Source: Elainellaceae cyanobacterium
Lineage (GTDB): Bacteria; Cyanobacteriota; Cyanobacteriia; CAKZMO01
Length of the DNA stretch: 64,000 nt
Assembly: GCA_050331115.1 (NCBI GenBank)
Contig: JBHJHD010000085.1
Coordinates: 8,093 to 72,092 of the forward strand
Direction: 5' to 3'
Of this stretch, positions 45,752 to 54,548 are shown piece by piece; within the stretch, counting starts at the first letter, position 1, and every line of letters begins with the position of its first letter. The notes beneath the pieces were generated by a model that was not told the origin of the DNA, did no database searches, and saw nothing but the letters and a program-made list of their open reading frames with translations. The position numbers and the translations under genes were made by a program.

Positions 45752-48700
45752 TCAACCAGAAATTGGACTCAATAGATCTGCCTTCAAGATCTTCGCAATC
45801 ACCGTCAGCAGCTGGTGCTCTAGGTAGGGCTTACTGATGTAGGCGATCGCCCCGAGCTGCTCCGCCAAAAGACGGTGCTTGGCGCTGCTTCGAGAAGACA
45901 GCATTGCTACTGGAATCCCGGCTAGATTTGAGTCAAGCTGGCAATGCTGCAGAAATTCGAAGCCGTTCATGCGAGGCATCTCAACGTCGCAGATCACTAG
46001 CTGAATATTGGGGTGGTGCAGAAGATGGTCAACCGCTTCTTGACCATCCTGAGCTTGAATCACCTGATAGCCCGCCCGCTGTAGGGTGAGGGTGAGGGTT
46101 TGACGGGTTGTAATCGAGTCATCTACGACTAAAAGCTTCTGCCCCACTTTTGCTCTCGTTTCCGAACTAGGGTCTGCCGGGGAGGCGTGATGATGCGCGG
46201 AGCCCCTCAGTTGATCAGGCCGCCTATCGGGCAACCTATCGGTAAGGCTGCCAGTCAGCGGATCTGCCAGCGGGTCTGCCAGCGGATCTAGAGCGGGACT
46301 ATAGGCGACATTCGGATTAGCCTGTTGACTAGAGGCCTCGACCAGGGTCGCACTATCCAGTACCAGCGTGAGCTGACCATCGGCGAGGATGCTGGCCCCG
46401 TAGATGTAGCTATGGGTCTTTAATAATGGATTTAGCGGACGAATCACCAGCTCTTGCTCGCCCAGCATTTGTTCGACTTCGAGCCCCGCAAGCGCGCCCT
46501 GACGGCGGATTAGGAGAATGTGAGGTGTAGGGTTCCTGTCTTGGGAAGGGACAGTCGATTGATTTGGCAATTGCTGCGCTTGGGCATGGTAGCCTAGCAG
46601 TCCTGACAGCCTATAGACGGGGACAAGGCAGGCGTTCTCTTTTTCTCCCCACCACAGCGCTCGGTTGCGCGCGCGCTGCTGAATTTGGCCCGCTTGAGGA
46701 ATTATGATCTGCTCAACGGCATCGGGCAGGAGGGCATAGGTTCTGGCATCTGCCTGACACAAGAGCAGCTTGGCAACGGTCAGACTCAGGGGAATTCGCA
46801 GCGTAAAGGTGGTTCCCTGCTCTGCGACCGAGGTCACCGCAATTTCACCTTGAAGCGCCTGCACCTGATTTCGCACAACGTCAAGCCCCACCCCTCGGCC
46901 CGAAAGGCTGCTGATTTGGGTCACCGTAGAAAAGCCGGGCTCAAATAGCAGGTCCGTGAGCTGGGCTGGGCTAAGCTGATGCGCCTGCTGGAATGTGACC
47001 ATCTGACGCTCAATCGCGCGCTGGCGAATGCGCTCAAAATCTATCCCTTGCCCGTCATCGCGGACTTCTATCACCAGATGCTTGCCCTGGTTATGGGCGG
47101 CAATCTCAAGCCGTCCGGCACGAGGCTTAGCCCGCTGCTGACGCACCTCGACAGGTTCAATGCCGTGGTCAAAGGCATTTCGCAGCAGGTGCAAAATCGG
47201 ATCGTAGAGTTTCTCGCCGATCGCTTTATCTACCAGTACCTCGGTGCCCTGCATCGTCAGCTCCACCGGCTTATGATGGAGCGTCTCGAGCTGCTGCAGA
47301 ACCCGAGGAAAGCGCTCAAAGAGCTGCTCTAGAGGAAACATCCGTCCTTCAATCAGCGCGTCTCGGGTTTTGTAGAGTAACCGCCCCTGGTTTTCCTGAG
47401 CCTGACGGGACTGCCGAGTAAACAGCTCCACCGCATCGACGGCTTCTGTCAGCTGCACCGTATCATCCAAGAGCGCTTGAATCACAAGCTGTGGTTCGCT
47501 GTACTGATCTAGTTCCAGCGCATCAAACCCGATGGGGATACGGGAGGATGGCGGTGATTGGTTGGTCCGCAGTGACTCTACTTGGAAAGGCGGAGTTATT
47601 GAAGGTAGCCCAGAAACCGTAGACCCGCTGCCGTTTTGAGGGCGGTTTTGCTGTAGCTGGGGAGCATCAGTCCAGTCTTGAAGCTGGCTCAACAGGTCCT
47701 GATGCTGCTGTAGCCTCGCATAGAGACGACGCATGGCAGCCTGAATCTGTTCAGACTGAAGAGACTGCTGATTGTGGTTGGTGAGCAGCTCTCCGATGGC
47801 ATAATTAAGCTGATCTAAATGCTCAATCTCGATGCGAATCGTGGGCGAAGGTGACGCGCCTCCTTTGTGGGGCAAGGGCGTAGGCTCTTGCCTTGAAGGC
47901 CGCTGAGGTGTGGGCCGCTGAGGTGTGGATAGCTCTTTTAGCGTGAGCACCTCTGGCTCAGCCGCGGCTTCAGAGTCGACATTTGTCGCGATCGCCTCAG
48001 AGGACAGGGACAATGCTGTAGGCTCCAAATCGGCCTCTAGATCCGCCTCAGCCGGGGCGGCAGCTCCCCCCCAAATATTTTCTAAGAGTGCGGCCTCATC
48101 GATCTCTGCGTCTCCGTAGGTATAGGCATCTCCATATATATCTGCGCCCACGTCTATATCTGCGCTGTCACCCTGATCGGACGACAGAGAAGGCTCGGCA
48201 TCGTCGACTGCCAGCTCAAGATCACTCGTCATTTCATCTAAGGTTTCAGCTGAGTCGGGCAGAGCAGCCCCAGCCTCGCTCACCGGCTCGGAGCGCGGCT
48301 GGACAGAGTTACGCATCCACTGAAAGAACTTATGGATGCCTGGAGCAGATGTTTCTTCGACCGCCATAGCGTCTTCCGGGGGGTCGTCCGCTTCTGTTGC
48401 CATAGCGTCTTCCGGGGGGTCGTCCTGTTCTGCCGTCATAGCGTCTTCGGGGGGGGCGTCCTCATCGCATGCAGCGACCGCATCTAAAGAAACCGCATCT
48501 AAAGTAACCCCCTCTGAAGTAACCGCTACTGAAGCAACTCCATCGTCTGAAGCATACAGCGCCTGCTCAGACCATTGAACGGCGGTGACTGCGTCCTCCA
48601 CGACGCTTGCCCGATTTCTTTGCTCATAGTCAAACTGGTCGGGGTCCTGCTCCTGGCCTTGGACGATCGCCAGCAGCGCTTCCGAAGGCTCTCCACCCTG

Positions 48701-49438
48701 GGCGCGATCGCCAGCGAGGACTGCCGCTTGCCCGGCCTGAAAATCCTGGAGGGCTAGCTGGGCGATCGCCTTGGCCTGTTCAGGATGCTGCTGCAGGGCG
48801 GCGATCGCGGCCCTAGCGATGGCGCTAAAGCCGGGTAAATTCAGAGATTCCCCTAGACCTAGAAAAACTTCGGCCTGGGTTTGCAGCACCGACAGAACTT
48901 TTGAGGGCTGCTCCGTTTCCAGCACCGTCGTCAGCTGCTCAAGCCGCTGAGCCACCCCGACCTCAAAGATGGACTGAGTGACATCAAAGCCTAGCTCTGC
49001 AGAAGTGGGGGGCGGGATGCTCTGGTCGAAACAATCCCCCAAATGATCTTGGAGCTGGGCAAAGATGATTGCGGTTCGGTTCAAGATTTCATCTTCGTTG
49101 ATTGTCGTTTCGGTCAGCTCGGCCCTCAAGGCTGACCGAAGACACTCAAACCCTTCAAACAGCAGTGCGTCAACTTCGCCGTCAATAGACACATCGGGCC
49201 TGCAGAGGGTTCTAAACACATCCTCTAAGGAATGCGCCACTGCGGCGATCGTTTCTAGGTCAAGGCTAGCCGCTGCCCCCTTGAGCGTATGGGTCGCCCG
49301 CATCAATGTGTTGACCTTATTGATGCTGCTATCTTCCTGAAGGGTGAGTAATCCCTCCTCTAGAACCTGCAGCAGCTCTGGAGCCTCCTGTAGGAAGTAC
49401 TGGTACCCTTGCGCTCGAATCGTTGGGTCGCTCGTCAT
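45752..49438 (-). CDS. pixL: Hybrid CheA-type histidine kinase (Hpt - long acidic linker - dimerisation/HATPase - CheW - REC)
   Basis: Hpt LMRATHTLKGAAASLDLETIAAVAHSLEDVF. CheA catalytic region DPILHLLRNAFDHGIE...DDGQGID...SGRGVGLDVV. CheW-like segment. C-terminal REC LLVVDDSITTRQ...VICDVEMPRMNGFEF. ATG 49438 (MTSDPTIR) is preferred because the track start 49591 would overlap pixJ by 150 nt. Confidence 0.88.
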   Translation of the reverse strand: MTSDPTIRAQGYQYFLQEAPELLQVLEEGLLTLQEDSSINKVNTLMRATHTLKGAAASLDLETIAAVAHSLEDVFRTLCRPDVSIDGEVDALLFEGFECLRSALRAELTETTINEDEILNRTAIIFAQLQDHLGDCFDQSIPPPTSAELGFDVTQSIFEVGVAQRLEQLTTVLETEQPSKVLSVLQTQAEVFLGLGESLNLPGFSAIARAAIAALQQHPEQAKAIAQLALQDFQAGQAAVLAGDRAQGGEPSEALLAIVQGQEQDPDQFDYEQRNRASVVEDAVTAVQWSEQALYASDDGVASVAVTSEGVTLDAVSLDAVAACDEDAPPEDAMTAEQDDPPEDAMATEADDPPEDAMAVEETSAPGIHKFFQWMRNSVQPRSEPVSEAGAALPDSAETLDEMTSDLELAVDDAEPSLSSDQGDSADIDVGADIYGDAYTYGDAEIDEAALLENIWGGAAAPAEADLEADLEPTALSLSSEAIATNVDSEAAAEPEVLTLKELSTPQRPTPQRPSRQEPTPLPHKGGASPSPTIRIEIEHLDQLNYAIGELLTNHNQQSLQSEQIQAAMRRLYARLQQHQDLLSQLQDWTDAPQLQQNRPQNGSGSTVSGLPSITPPFQVESLRTNQSPPSSRIPIGFDALELDQYSEPQLVIQALLDDTVQLTEAVDAVELFTRQSRQAQENQGRLLYKTRDALIEGRMFPLEQLFERFPRVLQQLETLHHKPVELTMQGTEVLVDKAIGEKLYDPILHLLRNAFDHGIEPVEVRQQRAKPRAGRLEIAAHNQGKHLVIEVRDDGQGIDFERIRQRAIERQMVTFQQAHQLSPAQLTDLLFEPGFSTVTQISSLSGRGVGLDVVRNQVQALQGEIAVTSVAEQGTTFTLRIPLSLTVAKLLLCQADARTYALLPDAVEQIIIPQAGQIQQRARNRALWWGEKENACLVPVYRLSGLLGYHAQAQQLPNQSTVPSQDRNPTPHILLIRRQGALAGLEVEQMLGEQELVIRPLNPLLKTHSYIYGASILADGQLTLVLDSATLVEASSQQANPNVAYSPALDPLADPLADPLTGSLTDRLPDRRPDQLRGSAHHHASPADPSSETRAKVGQKLLVVDDSITTRQTLTLTLQRAGYQVIQAQDGQEAVDHLLHHPNIQLVICDVEMPRMNGFEFLQHCQLDSNLAGIPVAMLSSRSSAKHRLLAEQLGAIAYISKPYLEHQLLTVIAKILKADLLSPISG
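46254..46289 (-). repeat. In-frame 12-nt tandem repeat x3 in pixL (DPLA)
   Basis: Plus strand GTCAGCGGATCT, GCCAGCGGGTCT, GCCAGCGGATCT. Confidence 0.9.
47898..47927 (-). repeat. In-frame 15-nt tandem duplication in pixL (PTPQR)
   Basis: GGCCGCTGAGGTGTG x2. Confidence 0.95.
48365..48461 (-). repeat. In-frame 36-nt tandem repeat, about 2.7 copies, in the pixL acidic linker (DDPPEDAM..)
   Basis: CATAGCGTCTTCCGGGGGGTCGTCC recurs at 48365, 48401 and 48437, an exact 36-nt period. Confidence 0.95.
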
Positions 49439-49440
49439 AG

Positions 49441-52400
49441 TTAATTCACGCGAAATTGCTGACTGGTAGTTTGCAGGTCTTGAGCAGTGGTCAGTAGCGT
49501 TTGGAAGGCCAGGGAAATATTGACCGAGTCTTCGGAGGTTTGATTGGCAATTACGGCAACATCCTGCATGGTTCGAGTCACAGACTGACATTGCTGGGTC
49601 TGATCCTGAGTCGATTGGGTAATCCCGGTTACCAGCTGGCTAATCTGATCGGTGGCATTCACAATGGCGCTCAGGCTTCTCCGGGCTTCGTTCACCACCG
49701 TGGTCCCCGAAGCCACCCGCTGAATCCCGTCTTCCATAGCTGTGGCCACCGCCGACGTGCTGGCCTGAATTTCCTGCACCAGCTGCTCAATATCCGTTGC
49801 GGCGTTGGCGGATTGACGCGCCAAAGAGCGTACCTCATCGGCAACCACCGCAAAGCCGCGCCCGTATTCCCCGACTCTGGTAGCCTCAATCGAGGCGTTC
49901 AGCGCCAGAAGCTGAGTTTGGGTGGTAAAATTGCTGATCAAGTTCACCACCTTGGAGATCTTCTGGGACGATTCGCCTAAGCGCTTGAGTCGTTTATTCG
50001 TCTCTGCCACCGTGCCTCGAATTTGCTGCATCTCGTCAACGGTTTTATCGATGGCAGCGTCTCCGGTGAGCACGGTTTGGTTGGCCTGCTGAACCGCCGT
50101 TTTTACCTGCTGGGCGTTGATCTCTACCGCTTGGGTCGTCTGCGCCATAATCTGCAGCTCTCCCAGCGCCGTTTCCAGCGCTTTAAGCTGTCCCTGCGCC
50201 TGGTCTGCCAGCACTGCAATGGCGGATTCACTCGACTCGGAGGTCTGGGTGACTTGGTTAGCCGCCTTCTGCATTTGGACCACAGTCTGTCGCAGGCTGC
50301 CCAAGGTGTTGTTGTAGGCGTCGGCTACCGTACCCACTACACTCTCAGTCACCGGGGCCCGGACAGTGAGGTCACCATCTAGGGCCGGGCGTACTGCAGA
50401 TAGCAGCTGGATAACCTGCTGCTGAAGCTGCTCTTTAGCCGCCTTATTCTGATCAACGGCTTGGGACAGCTGTATCGACTGCTGCTGAAGTTCGTCGACG
50501 TAGCTGCCCTGCTTAATAGCAACGTCGAGCTGGGCCGCAATCCGTTTAACAAAATTAATCTCACTCTCCTGCCACTCTCGGGGATGCTCGCACTGATGAA
50601 TACAGAACAGACCCCATAGGTCATCGCCCTGCATCAGCGGCACTACCAGATTGGCCTGTACCTGGAACTGAGCCAGCACGTCAATGTAGCACTGCTGGAT
50701 GCCAGACTCGTAGACATTGTCAATGGTGGACACGTGACCGCTTTTGTATTTCTCGGCAAACCCTTGGCTAAAGCAGTGGTCTTCCACCTCTACCTGAAGG
50801 GCAGAGACGTAGCCAGGCCTGACATCTTCAGCAATGGTTTTACCCTGGCTGTAGCCCGAGTCAGAATTGAACTTAAAGACAGCGACCCGGTCGGCCCTGA
50901 GGAAGCTGCGAATTTCCCGAGTGGTGGTATTGAAAGCTTGCTGCAGCTCGATGGACTGGCGGATACGATCCACGATTTGAGTAATCAGCCGCTCTTGCTC
51001 AGCCGCGGCAGATATCGCAGCTGTCTGGTCTTGCAGCTCATCAATATAGTTACCTTGCTGAATGGCAATGTCGAGCTGGGCGGAGATTCGCTTGGCAAAG
51101 TTGATCTCGCTCTCTTGCCACTTGCGGGGGTGTTCACACTGGTGGATACAGAATAGGCCCCACAGGTCGTCGCCCTGCATCAGCGGCACCACCAGATTGG
51201 CCTGCACTTGGAACTGAGCCAGCACGTCAATGTAGCACTGCTGGATGCCAGACTCGTAGACATTATCAATCTTTGAAACGTGCCCACGCTTATACTTTTC
51301 GGCAAATCCCTGGCTGAAGCAGTGGTCTTCCACCTCAACTTCTAGCGCAGAGACATAGCCCGGCTGAACGTCCTCGGCAATGGTTTTGCCCTGGCTGTAG
51401 CCCGAGTCTGAAGCAAACTTGAAGATGGCGACTCGATCGGCTTTGAGAAAGCCGCGAATTTCTCGCGTGGTGGTGTTGAAGGCCTGCTGTAGGTCTAGAG
51501 ATTGGCGAATGCGGTCAACAATCTGGGTAATTAGCCGCTCTTGTTCGGCCACCTCGCGGAGCTGCTCAGACTGGCTCTGGAGATCCTCAATATACTCACC
51601 CTGCTGAATCGCGGTGTTCAGCTGAGCAGCAACGCGCTTAACAAACGTAACGTCCTCATCCTTCCACTTACGGGGGCCACTGCACTGATGGTTGTAGAAC
51701 AAGCCCCACAGCTTGTCGCCCTTCATCAGCGGCACAACTAAGCTAGCCTTGGCCTCAAAGCGATCGAGAATCTCGACCAGGCAGTCTTCTAGCCCCGATT
51801 CCTGGATATCCGAAATCCGCCAGATTCGGCCCTGCTCGTACTCGTCAACGAAGCTTTCACCAAAGCAGTGGTCGCGGATCGAAACCGACAGCACCGAGGC
51901 GTAGCCCGGCGCTACATCTTCAGCGACGGTCTCCCCATCGCTGTAGTCCGAGTCGGTGTTGAACCGATAGATTGCCGTGCGATCGCTCTTCAAAAAGCGA
52001 CGAACCTCACGACAGGTAGTCACAAAAGCGCGCTGTAGATTGGGCGATTGCTGGATTCGATCCACCACCTTGTCGATTAAGTCCTGTCGTTCGGCGGCCT
52101 GAATCATCTGGTCAGACTGTCTCTGAAGTTTCTTTCGGTGGTCAGCTTGGTGAAGCGCGATGCCGACCTGCTGGCCCACTTGAGTCAGCAGGGCCACCTC
52201 TTCGGGCTCCCAGCGGCGGGCCCCAGAGTTTTGATAGGCCGTCAATAGCCCCCACGGCGTCTTGCCCTCTAGGATGGGCGCGATCGCAAAGGCTCTGGCG
52301 TCTAGCTGCTCTAAAAGCTCAGTTGAAAAGAAGGCGGTTTCGGCCTCGTGAATATCGTCTACAACAATGGCTTCAGCCGGTAGATAGCGCCCGTTTTGAC

Positions 52401-53511
52401 TCATTTCTGAGTAGGCATCCTGACAAATTTCCTGACGCTCCGATTCCAAAATTGGCGCCCACGCCTGGCCCACCGACTCAGCAACAAACTCTCCTGCGCC
52501 CTCTGGCTCAAAGCGATAAACCGCCACGCGATCGCACTGGAGCTGCTGCCGCAGCGCCTGGGTGACTATCTGAAAAATGCTATCGGCCTGGTCAACGTCG
52601 AGTGCCTGATGGATCTTGTCGACAATCTTGGTGAATATGTCGCGCTGCTGCCGCTGCCGCTGCTGCTGAATCCGCTCCTCAACTATCTGAAGACTCAGCC
52701 GCAGTTCCGTTACCACGTTTTGTAGTAAAGCCAGGTCTGTATCATCCCAATCCCTGGGATGGGCACAGTGCTGCACCACTAGCAGGCCCCAAGCCTCTCC
52801 TAAAAGAATCGGCAAGCTCAAAGTAGCCTGGGTTTGAAGCTGAAGCATCAGCTGCTGTTGATAGGGGCTCAAAGAACTCTGGGCCACGTTATCTAGCGCG
52901 ATGACCTTCTGCTGGGCGTCCTGAGGCGTGTCGGCCCCAAAAGCAACGGCCGGCAGGACCTCTTGCAGACTAGGGGTGTAGCCCTCCGTCAGCGACTCCG
53001 CAACCACAACCCCCTGCGTTCGGGTCTCGAACCGATAGATCAAAGCCCGGTCAACCTGCAGGATTTGACGCACCTCTGCCACCATGGTCGTCAGCAAATC
53101 ATCCAGCGTCTCGGCCTGCTGCAGGTGCTGGGACGTGCCCAATACCCACTGCAGCTCAGCTTTGCTCAGCATAGGTTCCGCGGGCTCATTGCTAGTGCGA
53201 TCGCCATTCGGAGCATCGTTAGCCACAGGGGTATTGGAGAAAGCGAAAATGGGTTGTTCGGGCTTATTGAGTTTCTGCATAGTCATGTCTTGAGCTGCTG
53301 GGGTAGGGATGTGCTCGAGGGCTGAGTCGGTCTGGTCGGCAGGGGTTAGAAGGGGCAAAGCCCCATGAATCGCGTCTATTTCGGGGTGAAACGGGTCGCT
53401 TGAACTGTCTAAATCTATTGGTGAAGGCTGAGTGGAGTCTGATGACTTACCCCTGACAACTTGCCTCATCCACTGGACTGTTGGAGAGGCACCCAACTTG
53501 AAAAACTTCAC
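49441..53511 (-). CDS. pixJ: Soluble methyl-accepting chemotaxis protein with five GAF domains, three of them DXCF-type cyanobacteriochrome-like (PixJ/PtxD-type phototaxis receptor)
   Basis: 1356 aa with no TM helix. GAF1 is at aa ~135-270 and GAF2 at ~305-450. GAF3-5 carry DHCF (Cys549, Cys731, Cys913) and a second Cys exactly 28 residues later (Cys577, Cys759, Cys941), then the QANLVVPL..LWGLF..HQC..PRKW pattern. HAMP-like segment, then MCP signalling domain (..LALNASIEATRVGEYGRGFAVVADEVRSLA..). GTG 53511 or ATG 53469. Confidence 0.9.
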   Translation of the reverse strand: MKFFKLGASPTVQWMRQVVRGKSSDSTQPSPIDLDSSSDPFHPEIDAIHGALPLLTPADQTDSALEHIPTPAAQDMTMQKLNKPEQPIFAFSNTPVANDAPNGDRTSNEPAEPMLSKAELQWVLGTSQHLQQAETLDDLLTTMVAEVRQILQVDRALIYRFETRTQGVVVAESLTEGYTPSLQEVLPAVAFGADTPQDAQQKVIALDNVAQSSLSPYQQQLMLQLQTQATLSLPILLGEAWGLLVVQHCAHPRDWDDTDLALLQNVVTELRLSLQIVEERIQQQRQRQQRDIFTKIVDKIHQALDVDQADSIFQIVTQALRQQLQCDRVAVYRFEPEGAGEFVAESVGQAWAPILESERQEICQDAYSEMSQNGRYLPAEAIVVDDIHEAETAFFSTELLEQLDARAFAIAPILEGKTPWGLLTAYQNSGARRWEPEEVALLTQVGQQVGIALHQADHRKKLQRQSDQMIQAAERQDLIDKVVDRIQQSPNLQRAFVTTCREVRRFLKSDRTAIYRFNTDSDYSDGETVAEDVAPGYASVLSVSIRDHCFGESFVDEYEQGRIWRISDIQESGLEDCLVEILDRFEAKASLVVPLMKGDKLWGLFYNHQCSGPRKWKDEDVTFVKRVAAQLNTAIQQGEYIEDLQSQSEQLREVAEQERLITQIVDRIRQSLDLQQAFNTTTREIRGFLKADRVAIFKFASDSGYSQGKTIAEDVQPGYVSALEVEVEDHCFSQGFAEKYKRGHVSKIDNVYESGIQQCYIDVLAQFQVQANLVVPLMQGDDLWGLFCIHQCEHPRKWQESEINFAKRISAQLDIAIQQGNYIDELQDQTAAISAAAEQERLITQIVDRIRQSIELQQAFNTTTREIRSFLRADRVAVFKFNSDSGYSQGKTIAEDVRPGYVSALQVEVEDHCFSQGFAEKYKSGHVSTIDNVYESGIQQCYIDVLAQFQVQANLVVPLMQGDDLWGLFCIHQCEHPREWQESEINFVKRIAAQLDVAIKQGSYVDELQQQSIQLSQAVDQNKAAKEQLQQQVIQLLSAVRPALDGDLTVRAPVTESVVGTVADAYNNTLGSLRQTVVQMQKAANQVTQTSESSESAIAVLADQAQGQLKALETALGELQIMAQTTQAVEINAQQVKTAVQQANQTVLTGDAAIDKTVDEMQQIRGTVAETNKRLKRLGESSQKISKVVNLISNFTTQTQLLALNASIEATRVGEYGRGFAVVADEVRSLARQSANAATDIEQLVQEIQASTSAVATAMEDGIQRVASGTTVVNEARRSLSAIVNATDQISQLVTGITQSTQDQTQQCQSVTRTMQDVAVIANQTSEDSVNISLAFQTLLTTAQDLQTTSQQFRVN
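50458..51549 (-). repeat. Tandem duplication of a 546-bp (182-codon) unit encoding a complete CBCR-type GAF domain inside pixJ
   Basis: aa 655-836 and aa 837-1018 are near-identical (AEQERLITQIVDRIRQS...HQCEHPR.WQESEINF). The 55-nt run beginning TGGAACTGAGCCAGCACGTCAATGTAGCACTGCTGGATGCCAGACTCGTAGACATT occurs at 50663 and again at 51209, exactly 546 nt apart. Confidence 0.95.
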
Positions 53512-53520
53512 GGTTACTCC

Positions 53521-54066
53521 TTACTGAGACGCGTGCCAGAGCGGGCACTGAATAATGGAGGGGGCATTGAGGACGACGCCTCCATCGCCTGGTAGCACAC
53601 CAGCGATGAAGGGATATAGCTTTGTGGGAAATAAATCCAGAGCCAAGGGCTGCAGCTGATTCAAGTCGTGGAGTTCGATATCGTCGAATTGCGACACCCC
53701 CAGCCCCACCGCTTTACCCTGCACCTGAATGACCAAGACAGTCAAAGACGTGAGTCCTACCGCCTGACTCAGGAGCGCAGGGTAGCCCGTCAAGCTGCCA
53801 AAATCAACCAGCCAAAGCATGTTGCCCCGCCAGTTGCAGATGCCCAGGACCTCCTCGGGGACGCCGGGAACGGGCAGAATACTGGCCACCGCGATCTGGA
53901 GCACTTCAGCAATGTCCTCTAGGCGCAGCAGCCCACTATCTTGAGTATTCAGCTGAAAGCGCAGCAGCCGCTGCCGGGTGTCCGGCGGAGGCTGCGAAAA
54001 GTCTAGGGATTCCAGCGTCAAGACGCTGGGTTGAGTGATGGCGATCGCGGCGTCTGTGGCAGTCAT
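53521..54066 (-). CDS. pixI: CheW-like coupling protein
   Basis: LLRFQLNTQDSGLLRLEDIAEVLQIAVASILPVPGVPEEVLGICNWRGNMLWLVDFGSL...VLVIQVQGKAVGLGVSQFDDIE. Confidence 0.85.
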   Translation of the reverse strand: MTATDAAIAITQPSVLTLESLDFSQPPPDTRQRLLRFQLNTQDSGLLRLEDIAEVLQIAVASILPVPGVPEEVLGICNWRGNMLWLVDFGSLTGYPALLSQAVGLTSLTVLVIQVQGKAVGLGVSQFDDIELHDLNQLQPLALDLFPTKLYPFIAGVLPGDGGVVLNAPSIIQCPLWHASQ

Positions 54067-54136
54067 AACACTTATAACGGGAGGGGCCAGCGGAAGGGGC
54101 GGTGGGGCAAGCAGCGCTTTTTATCTTGCTAAGGCT

Positions 54137-54520
54137 TCAGAGCCTACTGCTCCAATCACTCGAGGTCAGCTGCAAAACCGTTTTTGTCAATTCCTGCTTA
54201 TCTACGGGCTTAGGCAGATAGGCATCAGCCCCCAGCATGGTGCCCCAAAGCTGGTCGGCGTCGGTTCCTTTGGTTGAGCAAATAACAACTGGGATGTTTT
54301 CGGTGCCGGTGCTGGTTTTGAGCTCGCGACAAAGCTCAAAACCGCTTTGTCCTGGCAAAATGACGTCTAGCAGCACTAAGTCCGGCATCTGGGCCTGGAG
54401 CTTGAGCCTTGCTTCGTCACAGTTCATGACGCTGACAACTGACAGACCCGCCTGTCTCAGGTATTGCGTCAATAGCTCGGTTTCGGTCAAGCTGTCTTCA
54501 ACTAAAAGGACAGTGGTCAT
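54137..54520 (-). CDS. pixH: CheY-like single-domain response regulator
   Basis: MTTVLLVEDSLTE...PDLVLLDVILPGQSGFELCRELK...IPVVICSTKG. ATG 54520 is preferred over the track start 54571. Confidence 0.88.
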   Translation of the reverse strand: MTTVLLVEDSLTETELLTQYLRQAGLSVVSVMNCDEARLKLQAQMPDLVLLDVILPGQSGFELCRELKTSTGTENIPVVICSTKGTDADQLWGTMLGADAYLPKPVDKQELTKTVLQLTSSDWSSRL

Positions 54521-54548
54521 AAAGCATTCCTTTGCGATATCAATTGCT

